A stretch of 62,047 nt of DNA, filler included, from Actinomycetales bacterium (GCA_045807245.1; 3 parts of 3 records of this genome joined end to end with filler, not necessarily neighbours in it), one strand, 5' to 3'. Shown: positions 31,952 through 43,056, counted from the whole stretch's first letter. Translations and numbers: made by a program. Notes: generated from the letters alone by a model not told the origin.

Positions 31952-33124
31952 ATGAGCACTGCGTCGACCGGTGTCCCGGTCACCCTCGGTATGCCCGAGG
32001 CGCCCCCTCCCGTGCTGGCCCCGCGCCGTGCGTCGCGCAAGATCCGGGTCGGCAAGGTCGAGGTCGGCGGCGACGCCCCCGTCAGCGTCCAGTCGATGTG
32101 CACGACCCCGACCACGGACGTCAACGCGACCCTGCAGCAGATCGCCGAGCTCACCGCCACCGGGTGCGACATCGTCCGGGTCGCGTGCCCGACGCAGGAC
32201 GACGCGGATGCCTTGCCGCAGATCGCCTCGCACAGCCAGATACCGGTGATCGCCGACATCCACTTCCAGCCCAAGTACGTGTACGCGGCCATCGACGCCG
32301 GCTGCGCCGCCGTGCGAGTCAACCCCGGCAACATCCGACAGTTCGACGACCAGGTGAAGCAGATCGCGCGGGCGGCTTCCGACGCTGGCGTGTCCATCCG
32401 GATCGGCGTCAACGCCGGCTCTCTCGACAAGCGGGTGCTCGAGAAGTACGGCAAGCCGACCGCCGAAGCGCTCGTGGAGTCCGCCTTGTGGGAGGCGTCC
32501 CTGTTCGAGGAGCACGACTTCCACGACTTCAAGATCTCGGTCAAGCACAACGACCCGGTCGTCATGGTCCGCGCGTACGAGCTGCTGGCCGAACGCGGCG
32601 ACTGGCCGTTGCACCTCGGCGTCACCGAGGCCGGTCCCGCCTTCCAGGGCACGATCAAGTCCGCGACCGCCTTCGGCGCGCTGCTCTCGAAGGGCATCGG
32701 CGACACGATCCGCGTCTCGCTCTCCGCGCCTCCCGTCGAGGAAGTCAAGGTCGGCATCCAGATCCTGCAGTCGCTCAACCTGCGCCCGCGCAAGCTCGAG
32801 ATCGTGTCCTGCCCGTCCTGCGGCCGTGCCCAGGTCGACGTCTACACCCTCGCCGACCAGGTGACCGCCGGTCTGGAGGGTCTGGAGGTGCCGCTGCGCG
32901 TGGCCGTCATGGGCTGTGTGGTCAACGGCCCGGGGGAGGCTCGTGAGGCCGACCTCGGCGTCGCGTCGGGCAACGGCAAGGGTCAGATCTTCGTCAAGGG
33001 TGAAGTCATCAAGACCGTGCCGGAGTCGCAGATCGTGGAGACCCTGATCGAGGAGGCGATGCGGATCGCCGAGTCGATGGGGGCCGCCGAGGGCCAAGGG
33101 GCCCCGACGGTCACGGTCCGCTGA
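31952..33124 (+). CDS. ispG: HMBPP synthase
   Basis: [44 protein letters not shown]. Confidence 0.96.
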   Translation: MSTASTGVPVTLGMPEAPPPVLAPRRASRKIRVGKVEVGGDAPVSVQSMCTTPTTDVNATLQQIAELTATGCDIVRVACPTQDDADALPQIASHSQIPVIADIHFQPKYVYAAIDAGCAAVRVNPGNIRQFDDQVKQIARAASDAGVSIRIGVNAGSLDKRVLEKYGKPTAEALVESALWEASLFEEHDFHDFKISVKHNDPVVMVRAYELLAERGDWPLHLGVTEAGPAFQGTIKSATAFGALLSKGIGDTIRVSLSAPPVEEVKVGIQILQSLNLRPRKLEIVSCPSCGRAQVDVYTLADQVTAGLEGLEVPLRVAVMGCVVNGPGEAREADLGVASGNGKGQIFVKGEVIKTVPESQIVETLIEEAMRIAESMGAAEGQGAPTVTVR

Positions 33125-33174
33125 GGCAGCGCGCCGGGCTCGACGTCTCTGCGCCGAGGCGCCAGGCTTATCCC

Positions 33175-34035
33175 GTGCTCCGGACGACCGCGACGGCCCG
33201 GCTGCTCGGCCCCGATGACCGCGCCGCAGCCCTGGCGCTGTGCGCGCAGGACCCCGTGGCCAACGCCTTCGTCGCCTCCCGGCTGGTCGAGCCGCGTGCC
33301 TTCACCGCCGCCGTCGGTGAGGTCTGGGGCTATGCGGAGCAGGGCGAGCTCGTGTCGCTGTGCTGGGCGGGGGCGAACCTGGTGCCGGTGCAGGCGACCC
33401 CGGCCGCCCTCGACGCCTTCGCGGTGCGGGCCCGCCGGGCCGGGCGGCGCTGCTCGTCCATCCTGGGTCCGGCCGAGGCCGTCCTCGGTCTGTGGGAGCG
33501 GCTCGAGCGACCCTGGTGGCCGGCGCGCGACATCCGCCCGGACCAGCCGCTGCTCGTGCTGGAGAGCGATCCGCAGGTCCGGCCCGACCCCTCGGTACGA
33601 CGCGCGGTGCCGGCCGAGGTCGAGCTGGTCGTGCCGGCGTCGGCCGCGATGTTCCAGGAGGAGATCGGGTTCTCGCCGATCGGCCGGGACGGCGGGGCGT
33701 CCTACCGGGCGTCGGTGTCCCAGCTGGTCCTGTCGGGGCGGACGTTCGTGCGGATCGAGCCGCAGCCGGACGGCCAGGGCTCCGAGGTGGTCTTCAAGGC
33801 CGACCTCGCCTCGGTGACGAACCGGGTCGCCCAGATACAGGGCGTCTGGCTCGCGCCGCGGCTGCGCGGCCTGGGCCTCGCGGCGCCGGCGATGGCCGCG
33901 GTGTGCGCCGCCACCCGGGCGGATGTCGCTCCCGTCGTCTCGCTCTACGTCAACGCCTACAACGCGCCGGCGCTCGCGGCGTACCGGCGGGTCGGGTTCC
34001 ACCAGGTCGGCACCTTCGCGACCGTCCTGTTCTGA
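33175..34035 (+). CDS. GNAT-family acetyltransferase (DUF4081/FR47 type)
   Basis: LCWAGANLVP, QIQGVW...RGLGLA, SLYVNAYN...YRRVGF; usual neighbour of ispG. Confidence 0.85.
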   Translation: MLRTTATARLLGPDDRAAALALCAQDPVANAFVASRLVEPRAFTAAVGEVWGYAEQGELVSLCWAGANLVPVQATPAALDAFAVRARRAGRRCSSILGPAEAVLGLWERLERPWWPARDIRPDQPLLVLESDPQVRPDPSVRRAVPAEVELVVPASAAMFQEEIGFSPIGRDGGASYRASVSQLVLSGRTFVRIEPQPDGQGSEVVFKADLASVTNRVAQIQGVWLAPRLRGLGLAAPAMAAVCAATRADVAPVVSLYVNAYNAPALAAYRRVGFHQVGTFATVLF

Positions 34036-34211
34036 CTCGCGCGTACTCCTGTCGTCGGCGCGACATCGTCCGAACGGACGATGCAGGCGTCAGCCGAGCG
34101 AGGTCCGGCTGTGACCGATCACCCGCTGCCCCTGAGGAGCTGGCGCGCGGACAGTGGAGGCACCTCGAACGACTGGCCACCCGGCTGGCGTCTGACATCA
34201 AGGAGCTCCAC

Positions 34212-34382
34212 ATGACCCGTGCACTCATTGCACTCCGCAACCGCGTGGCTGGCGAGGACGGCGCAACCGCCGTCGAGTACGGCCTCATGGTGTCGCTGAT
34301 CGCGGTCGCGATCATCCTTTCGGTCACCGCGCTGGGCGGTGCCCTCAACGGCGTCTTCGGCGCCGCGGCCGCCGCGATCTGA
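34212..34382 (+). CDS. flp: Flp/Fap type IVb major pilin
   Basis: AAGGAG RBS; EDG|ATAVEYGLMVSLIAVAII prepilin motif; 56 aa. Confidence 0.92.
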   Translation: MTRALIALRNRVAGEDGATAVEYGLMVSLIAVAIILSVTALGGALNGVFGAAAAAI

Positions 34383-34389
34383 CGGACGT

Positions 34390-34422
34390 CGCGGTGGCCG
34401 TCCCTCGTGGATGGCCACCGCG
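34390..34422 (+). terminator. Stem-loop after first pilin gene
   Basis: 14-bp stem CGCGGTGGCCGTCC/GGATGGCCACCGCG (one G-U pair). Confidence 0.55.
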
Positions 34423-34457
34423 TCACGCCGAACCTCCGTCACTGACTAGGGGACACC

Positions 34458-34631
34458 ATGACTTCCCACAACCGTCGCTGGCAGCAGACAGTTAAGCGCG
34501 ATGAGTGCGGCGCGACCGCAGCCGAGTACGCGATTCTCGTCTCACTGATCTCGGTGTTCATTGCGGGCACCGTTTTCACTTTCGGCCAAGTGGTTGTCGG
34601 CCTCTTCGCCGGTCTGGCGCCGACGCTCTGA
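34458..34631 (+). CDS. Second Flp-type pilin (57 aa)
   Basis: MTSHNRRWQQTVKRDECG|ATAAEYAILVSLISVFIAGTVFTFGQVVVGLFAGLAPTL; GGGGA RBS; TGATG overlap with tadE; absent from ORF track. Confidence 0.85.
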   Translation: MTSHNRRWQQTVKRDECGATAAEYAILVSLISVFIAGTVFTFGQVVVGLFAGLAPTL

Positions 34632-35050
34632 TGACCAGGTCGAAGCCTCGGGGTGGCCGGCGCGACTCGGGCGCCGTCGCCGTCGAGTTCGCCCTGATCC
34701 TGCCGATCCTGCTGCTCATCGTGTTCGGCATCATCGACTTCGGGCGGATGTTGAACGCGCAGATCACCCTGACCCAGGCCGCGCGCGAGGGCGCCCGTTG
34801 GGCCGCACTGGGGCAGAGCGGTGTCGCTGCCCGGGTGACCGCCGCCGCTCCCGGCATGACGCCCGGCCCGACGACCACCGTGCTCAGCAGCTGCCCGGCC
34901 AACGCCGCCGTCGGCGCCTACGCGGAGGTCCGGGCCTCGTACACGTTCAACTTCGTCACGCCCTTCGGCGCCATCAGCACAATGATCGGCGGCCCGTCCT
35001 ACGGCACGATGAACCTGCAGAGCACCGCGAGGTTCCGATGCGGCGGCTAG
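34631..35050 (+). CDS. tadE: TadE-family pseudopilin
   Basis: DSG|AVAVEFALILPILLLIVFGIIDFG...AAREGAR. Confidence 0.9.
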   Translation: MTRSKPRGGRRDSGAVAVEFALILPILLLIVFGIIDFGRMLNAQITLTQAAREGARWAALGQSGVAARVTAAAPGMTPGPTTTVLSSCPANAAVGAYAEVRASYTFNFVTPFGAISTMIGGPSYGTMNLQSTARFRCGG

Positions 35051-36180
35051 CACAGGCCGGGCCGCGCCGACTGGCCCGGGTCAGAGGAGAGGTCCCTTCG
35101 GACGAGGGCGCGGTGGCGCTGATCGTCGCGATGTTGTTCGGCCTGGGCGTCATCCTGGGCATGGCGGCATTGACGGTCGACGTCGGCAGCCTCTACTCCG
35201 AGCGTCGCCAGCTCCAGAACGGTGCCGACGCGGCCGCTTTGGCGGTCGCTCAGGATGCGGCTCTCAACTGCTCGACCGGCGCCTGCGTCCCGATTACGCG
35301 CGCCACGTCGTACGCGAACGCGAACTCCGCCGACGGGGCAAGTGCCGTCGTCGAGGTGTGTGGCACCGGCTGGGCGGCGATCGGTGGGTGCTCCGGCCAG
35401 TCGACGCCCGCGATCACGCAGTGCCCGGCGGTCCCCGGTGGGACGACCAAGTGGGTCCGCGTGCGCACGGCCACATTGACCACCGGTGGCGGAACCCTGT
35501 TGCCCCCGCGGTTCGCTCGGGCCCTCGCTGGAAACGGCGGGTACGCCGGGACGCGCGTGTACGCCTGCGCGCAGGCAGGCCTTGACTCGCCGGGATCACT
35601 GACCGCTTCGCTGCCGCTCACCTTGTCGTTGTGTGAATGGAACAACTACACCGCGAACGGCACGAACTTCGCCCCTCCTCCGCCGTATCCGCCGTACCCG
35701 CTGACCTACGAGCACGCGATCTACTTCCACGACACCACCGGTGCCGCGCACTGCCACGCCGGCCCGTCCGGCGCGGACCTGCCCGGCGGGTTCGGTTGGC
35801 TGGCAACGGGATCGGGCACCTGCAATGCCCTGATCAACGACCAGAACTGGATCAACGACAGCACCGGGAACTCGATCCCCAACAACTGCAAGACGGTGCT
35901 ACCAACCCTGGTCGGCACGACCGTGTTCGTGCCGGTCTTCGACAATGCCAACGGCCTGACCGGGTCCAACGGGAGCTACCACATCAGCGGCTTTGCCGCG
36001 TTCTATCTCACCGGATACAGCTTCCCCAGCGACCGAGTCACGTCTGTCGCGAGCGGCATCAGGTACTGCACGTCGTCACAGTCCTGCATCTACGGCTGGT
36101 TCACCAAAGCCTTGGCTCCGGCGGGCGGTGCCGGTGGCGGGACGCCGCGTGGAGCCACCGTCGTCCGGCTGATCGGGTGA
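35038..36180 (+). CDS. TadG-like pseudopilin/tip protein, Cys-rich
   Basis: DEG|AVALIVA...MAALTVDVG...RRQLQNGADAAALA. Confidence 0.85.
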   Translation: MRRLAQAGPRRLARVRGEVPSDEGAVALIVAMLFGLGVILGMAALTVDVGSLYSERRQLQNGADAAALAVAQDAALNCSTGACVPITRATSYANANSADGASAVVEVCGTGWAAIGGCSGQSTPAITQCPAVPGGTTKWVRVRTATLTTGGGTLLPPRFARALAGNGGYAGTRVYACAQAGLDSPGSLTASLPLTLSLCEWNNYTANGTNFAPPPPYPPYPLTYEHAIYFHDTTGAAHCHAGPSGADLPGGFGWLATGSGTCNALINDQNWINDSTGNSIPNNCKTVLPTLVGTTVFVPVFDNANGLTGSNGSYHISGFAAFYLTGYSFPSDRVTSVASGIRYCTSSQSCIYGWFTKALAPAGGAGGGTPRGATVVRLIG

Positions 36181-36256
36181 CGCGCGTGACCGCCGCTCAA
36201 CCGCAGTACACCTCAGACCACACCGAGCACCCGCTGCAAGACCCGAAGGGGAAACG

Positions 36257-37072
36257 ATGAGCAAGCGAATCCTGGCCGGAGTGGCCGCCCTCCTCCTGGC
36301 GGCGATCGGCGCCGTTGCAGTGCTGGCCTACACCCGCGGTGCGGACCGCCGGGCACTGGAGGGACAGCAGGCGATCGGCGCCTACGTCGTGCGCAAGGAG
36401 GTGCCGGCCGGCACTACGGCCCGCAAGGCCATCGACGACGGCCTGATCGTCAAGGAGCTCATCGCCAGCAAGGGCGTCCCAGAAGGAGCTCTGACCTCGG
36501 TCGACGGCAGCTACGAGAACCTGATCGCCACCTCCGACATGGAACCCGGCGAGCTCGTCCTGCAGTCGCGGTTCGGGACCATCGCTGCCGCGGAGGGTCG
36601 GCTGATCATTCCCGAGGGCAAGATGGCCGTGTCGGTGGCACTGGACGACCCGTCCCACGTCGGCCCGTTCCTCGGCGTCGGGTCGCACATCGCCGTCTTC
36701 GACACGTTCAACGTGCTGACCTTCCGCGGCTCTGGTGCGGTTCCGTCCGGTGACCACCTGCAGGACCAGCACCCGTACATCCGATCCACCCGAGTGCTCG
36801 TTCCTGACGTCACGGTCCTCGCCGTCGGCGCGACCACGACGAAACCGTCCTCGGACAACAACAAGAACGCCGGCAGCGACATGCAGGTGGCGTCCGACAA
36901 CACGTCGGTCACCACGCTGGTCACGCTGGCCGTGACCCAGGACCAGGCCAGCCGGATCATCCACGCCGCCCGCACTGGCACGATGACCTTCGCACTCCTC
37001 GGCGCCGACGCGGTCCCCACTGTCGGTGTCGGGATAGACGACACGCGTCTGTTCAACGGGGTGACCAAGTGA
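36257..37072 (+). CDS. cpaB: Flp pilus assembly protein CpaB/RcpC
   Basis: N-terminal TM, SAF-like EVPAGT...PGELVL, IPEGKMAVSV, VTVLAVG, LVTLAV. Confidence 0.85.
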   Translation: MSKRILAGVAALLLAAIGAVAVLAYTRGADRRALEGQQAIGAYVVRKEVPAGTTARKAIDDGLIVKELIASKGVPEGALTSVDGSYENLIATSDMEPGELVLQSRFGTIAAAEGRLIIPEGKMAVSVALDDPSHVGPFLGVGSHIAVFDTFNVLTFRGSGAVPSGDHLQDQHPYIRSTRVLVPDVTVLAVGATTTKPSSDNNKNAGSDMQVASDNTSVTTLVTLAVTQDQASRIIHAARTGTMTFALLGADAVPTVGVGIDDTRLFNGVTK

Positions 37073-37114
37073 CGGTCCTCCTCGAGGCCGATCCCGCGAC
37101 CGCCGAGACGCTGG
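37069..37114 (+). CDS. Start of next tad gene (probably CpaE/TadZ), truncated by gap
   Basis: GTGA overlap; VTVLLEADPATAETL; identity from position only. Confidence 0.4.
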
Positions 37115-37214
37115 NNNNNNNNNNNNNNNNNNNNNNNNNNNNNNNNNNNNNNNNNNNNTTAATTAATTAANNNNNNNNNNNNNNNNNNNNNNNNNNNNNN
37201 NNNNNNNNNNNNNN
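37115..37214. other. Artificial contig linker
   Basis: 100 nt of N with TTAATTAATTAA. Confidence 0.97.
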
Positions 37215-37292
37215 GCTGCGCGTCGTGAACGTCGCGCCGCAGGTGCAGGTCACCTGGGTCTCGACGTACTCGGGGTGGATGTCCTTCTTCAC
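37215..37292 (-). CDS. rpmE: 50S ribosomal protein L31, partial (Cys-containing form)
   Basis: MKKDIHPEYVETQVTCTCGATFTTRS; downstream of rho. Confidence 0.92.
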
Positions 37293-37420
37293 GATCTCTC
37301 CTTGGCTGTCAGTCGCCGGGTCGCCGCACGTCTGCCTGGTGCAGTGACGTGGACGTGAACCGGAACTGGTCTCAGTGTGCCAGTGCGGGAACAGCCGGCC
37401 GAAACCGGCCATTCCCGGGG

Positions 37421-39241
37421 TCAGTCGTCGTCGGACTGGCCGGGGACCGACGGGCTGGTCTTCTGCACCTGCATGAGGAACTCGGCGTTGCTGCCGGTCT
37501 TGCGCAGCCGGTCCAGCAGCAGCTCGAGCGCCTGCTGGGAGTCCAGCGCGGTCAGGACGCGGCGCAGCTTCCAGCTGACGGCCAGCTCCTCGCGACCGAG
37601 CAGGATCTCCTCTCGCCGGGTGCCGGACGGGTTGACGTCCACGGCCGGGAAGAGCCGCTTGTCCGCGAGCCGCCGGTCGAGCCGGAGCTCCATGTTCCCG
37701 GTGCCCTTGAACTCCTCGAAGATGACCTCGTCCATCTTGGAGCCGGTGTCGATCAGTGCGGTCGCCAGGATGGTGAGCGAGCCGCCGTTCTCGACGTTGC
37801 GGGCGGCGCCGAAGAACCGCTTCGGCGGGTACAGCGCGCTGGAGTCGACACCACCGGACAGGATCCGCCCGCTGGCGGGAGCCGCGAGGTTGTACGCGCG
37901 CCCGAGCCGGGTGATCGAGTCGAGCAGTACGACGACGTCGTGGCCCATCTCGACGAGCCGCTTGGCCCGCTCGATGGCCAGCTCGGCGACCGTGGTGTGG
38001 TCGTCGGCCGGGCGGTCGAAGGTGGAGGCGATGACCTCACCCTTGATCGCCCGCTGCATGTCGGTGACTTCCTCAGGACGCTCGTCCACGAGCACGACCA
38101 TCAGGTGGCACTCGGGGTTGTTCGTGCTGATGGAGTTGGCCATCGCCTGCAGGATCAGCGTCTTGCCGGCCTTGGCCGGGGAGACGATGAGGCCACGCTG
38201 GCCCTTGCCGATCGGGGCCACCAGGTCGATGATCCGGGTCGTCAGGATGCCGGGCTCGGTCTCCAGGCGGAGCCGCTCCTGCGGGTACAGCGGCGTGAGC
38301 TTGCTGAACTCCACGCGCTGCTTGGCCTGCTCCGGCGTCATGCCGTTGACGGTGTCCAGCCGGACCAGGGCGTTGAACTTCTGCCGCTGGTTCTGCTGCT
38401 CGCCCTCGTGCGGCTGCCGGACCGCGCCGGTGACCGCGTCACCCTTGCGCAGGCCGTTCTTCTTCACCTGGCCGAGCGAGACGTAGACGTCGTTCGGCCC
38501 GGGCAGGTAACCCGACGTACGGACGAACGCATAGTTGTCGAGGACGTCGAGGATGCCGGCCACCGGCACGACGACGTCGTCCTCGCTGATCTCCGGCTCG
38601 TCGTACTGGCCGGGCAGGTCCGGACGGCTGCCGCCGCGGCGCTTGCGGTCGCGGTACCGGTTGCGACGGCCGCGACGGCCGCCTTCGCCGTCGTCGTCCC
38701 TGTCGTTCTGGCGGTTCTGGTCGTTCTGGCGGTTCTGGGTCGACTGGCCCTGTTGGCCCGACTGGCCGCCCTGGTTCTGGCCGCCCTGGTTCTGGCCGCC
38801 CTGCGCGCCTGGGCCGCCCTGGCGGTTGCGCTGGCGGTCCCGGCGCTGACCGCCGCCGTCACCGGTCTGGGTGTGGCGCTCGCCGGACTCCTGCTCGTTC
38901 TGGTGGCTGCGGGCCTCACGCTGGGCCGGCAGGTCGCCGTCGACCGAGGCGGTCGACGCGCCGTTCGACGAGGCCGTCGGCGACGCAGTCGAACCGGTCG
39001 ACGAGGCCGTCGACGGGGTGGAGGTGGCGTCTGCGGCGGCCCGGCGAGGGCTGCCACCTCCCTGGCGGGCCTTGATGGCCTCGACCAGATCGCTCTTGCG
39101 CATCTTGGCCGTCCCGGACAGGCCGAGCTCGGAAGCAAGGGCCTGCAGCTGCGGGAGGCGCAGCGCGGACAGGCTGCCGGTACGGCTGCCTGCGTCACCG
39201 GCGCCGGTGGGCGCTGCGGTGACCTGGGTGGTGTCTGTCAC
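37421..39241 (-). CDS. rho: Transcription termination factor Rho with N-terminal insertion
   Basis: AFVRTSGYLPGPNDVYVS, PIGKGQRGLIVSPAKAGKT, DERPEEVTDM, EEFKGTGNMEL. Confidence 0.97.
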   Translation of the reverse strand: MTDTTQVTAAPTGAGDAGSRTGSLSALRLPQLQALASELGLSGTAKMRKSDLVEAIKARQGGGSPRRAAADATSTPSTASSTGSTASPTASSNGASTASVDGDLPAQREARSHQNEQESGERHTQTGDGGGQRRDRQRNRQGGPGAQGGQNQGGQNQGGQSGQQGQSTQNRQNDQNRQNDRDDDGEGGRRGRRNRYRDRKRRGGSRPDLPGQYDEPEISEDDVVVPVAGILDVLDNYAFVRTSGYLPGPNDVYVSLGQVKKNGLRKGDAVTGAVRQPHEGEQQNQRQKFNALVRLDTVNGMTPEQAKQRVEFSKLTPLYPQERLRLETEPGILTTRIIDLVAPIGKGQRGLIVSPAKAGKTLILQAMANSISTNNPECHLMVVLVDERPEEVTDMQRAIKGEVIASTFDRPADDHTTVAELAIERAKRLVEMGHDVVVLLDSITRLGRAYNLAAPASGRILSGGVDSSALYPPKRFFGAARNVENGGSLTILATALIDTGSKMDEVIFEEFKGTGNMELRLDRRLADKRLFPAVDVNPSGTRREEILLGREELAVSWKLRRVLTALDSQQALELLLDRLRKTGSNAEFLMQVQKTSPSVPGQSDDD

Positions 39242-39449
39242 GGGGATCCTTCCCCCTCGGAGCGGAACCGACGTCCATCGCCGGCCGCGTCGATGCGGGC
39301 CCAGCCCGGCCGGGCGGGGCGCATCGGGATTGCCATGCCCTGTGTCGCTGGCAGAAGGGCTGCCATGGCACTCGGTTGCTGGGCAATCGGGCTGCTGAGC
39401 AACCAGAACATGGGGGGTGCACCGGGACTCCTGGTCCGGCGGTGCTCGC

Positions 39450-40442
39450 CTAATCTAACACTGTCCGGCCGGTCAGGCTTCCCGGGGCCAGATTTCCACC
39501 CCGCGTTCCTTGGTGCGCGACTCCGGGCGCCATCGCAGCCCAGCCCAGCGGAGGATGCTCGGTGAGCTGGGTCGCGGCCTGGCCGAGCCCGCCGTCGTCG
39601 TCCCCCACGCACAGCACCAGCACACTTGGCCCCGCGCCGGACACCACTGCAGCGTGCCCCGCCTCCCGCAGGCCGGCCACGACCCCGAGCGTCTCCGGCA
39701 TCGCCGCCGCACGCGGGCGCTGGTGCAGCCAGTCCTCGGTCGCCGGCAGCAACAGCGCCGGCTCGGTGGTCATCGCGTGCACCAGCAGCGCCGCGCGACC
39801 GGCCGTACGCGCGGCATCACCATGCGGTACGACGTCGGGCAGGACGGCCCTGGCGTGTCGGGTCTCGAGCCGGTGGTCAGGGATGAGCACGACCGGCTCG
39901 ACCGCCGGATGCGGCTGCAGCCGTACTGCATGCACGCTGCCGTCCGGTCCCTCGGTGCCGGCGTCGTCGCCACACCACGCGATGGTCAGGCCGCCGAGCA
40001 AGGCCGCGGCGGCGTTGTCCGGATGTCCCTCCAGCCGGCAGGCGACCGCGAGCAGGTCCTGAGCCGTACGGGCCGGGCCCGGCTCGGCCAGCAGGTCGGC
40101 GAGCACGACGCCGGCCACGACCGCGGCCGCCGACGAGCCGAGCCCTCGCCCGTGCGGAATGGCGTTGTGCGCGCGCAGGCGCAGGCCGGGCAGGTGCGGC
40201 AGGCCCCACGAGCGGCCTGCGGCCCGGACCGCCCGCGCGACGAGGTGCTCCTCACCGAGCGGCAGGTGACCTGCGCCTTCACCCGTGACCTCGATGTCCA
40301 GGCCCTCGCCGGCCACCTCCGCCTCGAGGACGTCGTACAGGCCCAGCGCCAGGCCGAGTGAGTCGAAGCCGGGTCCGAGGTTGGCGCTCGTCGCCGGCAC
40401 CCGCACCCGGCACCGCTCACCCGCGCGCCAGCCGGCCGCCAC
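39450..40442 (-). CDS. thrB: Homoserine kinase
   Basis: VPATSANLGPGFDSLG, IPHGRGLGSSAAA, EGHPDN, SGAGPS. Confidence 0.95.
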   Translation of the reverse strand: MAAGWRAGERCRVRVPATSANLGPGFDSLGLALGLYDVLEAEVAGEGLDIEVTGEGAGHLPLGEEHLVARAVRAAGRSWGLPHLPGLRLRAHNAIPHGRGLGSSAAAVVAGVVLADLLAEPGPARTAQDLLAVACRLEGHPDNAAAALLGGLTIAWCGDDAGTEGPDGSVHAVRLQPHPAVEPVVLIPDHRLETRHARAVLPDVVPHGDAARTAGRAALLVHAMTTEPALLLPATEDWLHQRPRAAAMPETLGVVAGLREAGHAAVVSGAGPSVLVLCVGDDDGGLGQAATQLTEHPPLGWAAMAPGVAHQGTRGGNLAPGSLTGRTVLD

Positions 40443-40444
40443 GC

Positions 40445-41539
40445 TCAGTCCTCGAGGCCGAGCGCGACGGCTGCGCTCATCGCGTCGACCGGGACCCGCA
40501 CCGGGCGGACCGCCTCCGCGTCCTTGCCGTCGACTCCCTTGAGGGCCCACTCGGGGTCCTTGAGGCCGTGGCCGGTGACGGTGCAGACCACCCGCTGACC
40601 GGGGTCGAGCCGGCCGGCCTCGTGCATCGCGACGAGCCCTGCGGCGCTGGCGGCCGAGGCTGGTTCGACGAACACGCCTTCCCGGGCCGACAGGATGCGG
40701 TGGGCCGCCAGGATCTGCGCGTCGGTGACCGCGTCGATCAGCCCGCCGCTGTCGTCCCGGGCCGCGATCGCCTGTTGCCAGGACGCCGGGTTGCCGATCC
40801 GGATCGCCGTCGCGACGGTGTCCGGCTGGTCGACCGGGTGCCCGAGCACGATGGGCGCCGCGCCGGCCGCCTGGAACCCCCACATCCGGGGGGTGCGGGT
40901 GGCCGGGCCCGGGTCGGCCGAGGTCTTCAGGTACTCCTGGTAGCCCAGCCAGTACGCCGTGATGTTGCCCGCGTTGCCGACCGGCAGGCAGTGGATGTCC
41001 GGCGCATCCCCGAGCGTGTCGACCACCTCGAACGCCGCGGTCTTCTGGCCCTGGATCCGGACCGGGTTGACCGAGTTGACCAGCTCGACCGGGTAGGCCT
41101 CGGCCAGCTTGCGCGCCAGGGTCAGGCAGTCATCGAAGTTGCCCTCGACCTGCAGCAGGGTCGCGCCGTGCGCGATGGCCTGGCTGAGCTTGCCCATCGC
41201 GATCTTGCCGTCGGGCACCAGCACGGCGCAGGCCAGGCCGGCCGTCGTCGCGTAGGCGGCCGCTGACGCCGACGTGTTGCCGGTCGAGGCGCAGATGACC
41301 GTGCGGGCACCGGCAGCGCGGGCATGGGTGATGGCCGTGGTCATCCCGCGGTCCTTGAACGACCCGGTCGGGTTCACCCCTTCGCACTTGAGCCAGACCT
41401 CGCAGCCGGTGAGGCTCGACAGGTACGGCGCGCGCACCAGCGGGGTGCCCCCCTCGCCGAGGGTGACCACGTCGGCCGTCTCGTCGAACGGCAGGCGGTC
41501 GCGGTACTCGGCGATGACTCCGCGCCAGGGCTGGGCCAC
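40445..41539 (-). CDS. thrC: Threonine synthase
   Basis: [40 protein letters not shown]. Confidence 0.95.
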   Translation of the reverse strand: MAQPWRGVIAEYRDRLPFDETADVVTLGEGGTPLVRAPYLSSLTGCEVWLKCEGVNPTGSFKDRGMTTAITHARAAGARTVICASTGNTSASAAAYATTAGLACAVLVPDGKIAMGKLSQAIAHGATLLQVEGNFDDCLTLARKLAEAYPVELVNSVNPVRIQGQKTAAFEVVDTLGDAPDIHCLPVGNAGNITAYWLGYQEYLKTSADPGPATRTPRMWGFQAAGAAPIVLGHPVDQPDTVATAIRIGNPASWQQAIAARDDSGGLIDAVTDAQILAAHRILSAREGVFVEPASAASAAGLVAMHEAGRLDPGQRVVCTVTGHGLKDPEWALKGVDGKDAEAVRPVRVPVDAMSAAVALGLED

Positions 41540-41543
41540 GGCG

Positions 41544-42914
41544 TCAGTCCCCCTCCACCCGCATGACACTGACGACGGACTCGACGACCTCGAGCTTGGC
41601 CAGCGACTCCACGGTCGCCGACAGTGCCGCATCCGGCGCGGCATGGGTGACCACGACCAGCGCGGCGCGGCCGTCGGTGCCGTCGTCGGCGGGCAGCAGC
41701 TGCTGGCGGACCGTCTCGATCGACACCTCGTGCTCGGCGAACGCCGACGCGACCTGGGCCAGCACGCCCGGGCGGTCGGCGACGTCGAGGCTGATGTGGT
41801 ACCTCGTGACGGCCTGGCCCATGGCGAGCACCGGCAGGTCGGCGTACGACGACTCGCCGGGCCCGCGACCGCCGACGACCCGGTGCCGGGCAACGGCGAC
41901 CAGGTCGCCGAGGACGGCGCTCGCGGTCGGGTCGCCGCCCGCACCCTTGCCGTAGAACATGAGCTGGCCCGCGGCGTCCGCCTCGACGAACACCGCGTTG
42001 AACGCCTCGCGGACCCCCGCGAGGGGGTGGCTGCGCGGGATCATCGCCGGGTGCACTCGCACCGAAACCCCTTCGGCTGCAGCGGAATCCGCACTACCGT
42101 CGGACGGGAGCGGGGCGCGCTCGCAGATCGCGAGGAGCTTGATCACGCAGCCCATGGCGCGGGCCGCGGCGACGTCGCTCGCCGACACGTCGGTGATGCC
42201 CTCACGGTGCACGTCGGCCTGCGACACCCGGGTGTGGAACGCGAGCGACGCCAGGATCGCGGCCTTGGCCGCGGCATCGAAGCCCTCGACGTCCGCGGTC
42301 GGGTCGGCCTCGGCATACCCCAGGGCCTGGGCCTGCTCGACGGCCTCGGCGAAGCCGGCGCCGGTGGTGTCCATCTTGTCCAGCACGTAGTTGGTGGTGC
42401 CGTTCACGATGCCGAGCACCCGCCGTACCGAGTCCCCGGCGAGCGACTCGCGCAACGGCCGCAGCAACGGGATCGCGCCCGCGACTGCGGCCTCGTAGTA
42501 GAGGTCGACCCCACGTTCGGCGGCGGTGGCGTAGAGGGTCGGTCCGTCGGCTGCGAGCAGGGCCTTGTTGGCCGTCACGACGCTCGCGCCGTTCGCCATG
42601 GCGCGAAGGATCAGCGAGCGAGCGGGCTCGATGCCGCCGATGACCTCGACCACGACGTCCGCGAGACCGACCAGCTCCTCGGCGTCGGTCGTAAAGAGCT
42701 CGGCCGGGACGCCCGCGGCCGAGCGGTCACGGCCCAGTCGGCGGACGGCGATCCCCACGAGCTCCAGCGGGGCCCCGACCCGTGCTCCGAGGTCGCCCAG
42801 GTGCTCCGACAGCAGGCGCGCGACCGCCGACCCGACCACACCACAGCCCAGCAGGGCGACCCGCACCGGCGCAGCGTCCGCCGGGCGGACGACGCTCGCG
42901 GTGGGGGCCGGCAT
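41544..42914 (-). CDS. hom: Homoserine dehydrogenase with ACT domain
   Basis: [39 protein letters not shown]-terminal ACT (DRPGVLA). Confidence 0.95.
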   Translation of the reverse strand: MPAPTASVVRPADAAPVRVALLGCGVVGSAVARLLSEHLGDLGARVGAPLELVGIAVRRLGRDRSAAGVPAELFTTDAEELVGLADVVVEVIGGIEPARSLILRAMANGASVVTANKALLAADGPTLYATAAERGVDLYYEAAVAGAIPLLRPLRESLAGDSVRRVLGIVNGTTNYVLDKMDTTGAGFAEAVEQAQALGYAEADPTADVEGFDAAAKAAILASLAFHTRVSQADVHREGITDVSASDVAAARAMGCVIKLLAICERAPLPSDGSADSAAAEGVSVRVHPAMIPRSHPLAGVREAFNAVFVEADAAGQLMFYGKGAGGDPTASAVLGDLVAVARHRVVGGRGPGESSYADLPVLAMGQAVTRYHISLDVADRPGVLAQVASAFAEHEVSIETVRQQLLPADDGTDGRAALVVVTHAAPDAALSATVESLAKLEVVESVVSVMRVEGD

Positions 42915-43056
42915 GGCTGTCCTTCCGACGGGTTCGGCTCGAGAGGATCGGTCGAGGCGGAGCCGCTCCGGCGGAAAGTGTCCCGCCGTCCGCCAGATGA
43001 GCGTGCCACAGTCCGCCATCCGGACGTGGCCGGCCTGGCGGTGTCACACTCGGCCC

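Noticed and set aside
34036..34211. c-di-GMP riboswitch or CRP site upstream of flp
   Set aside because: No class I/II riboswitch consensus recognised; TGTGA-N4-TCAC has the wrong spacing for CRP (N6)
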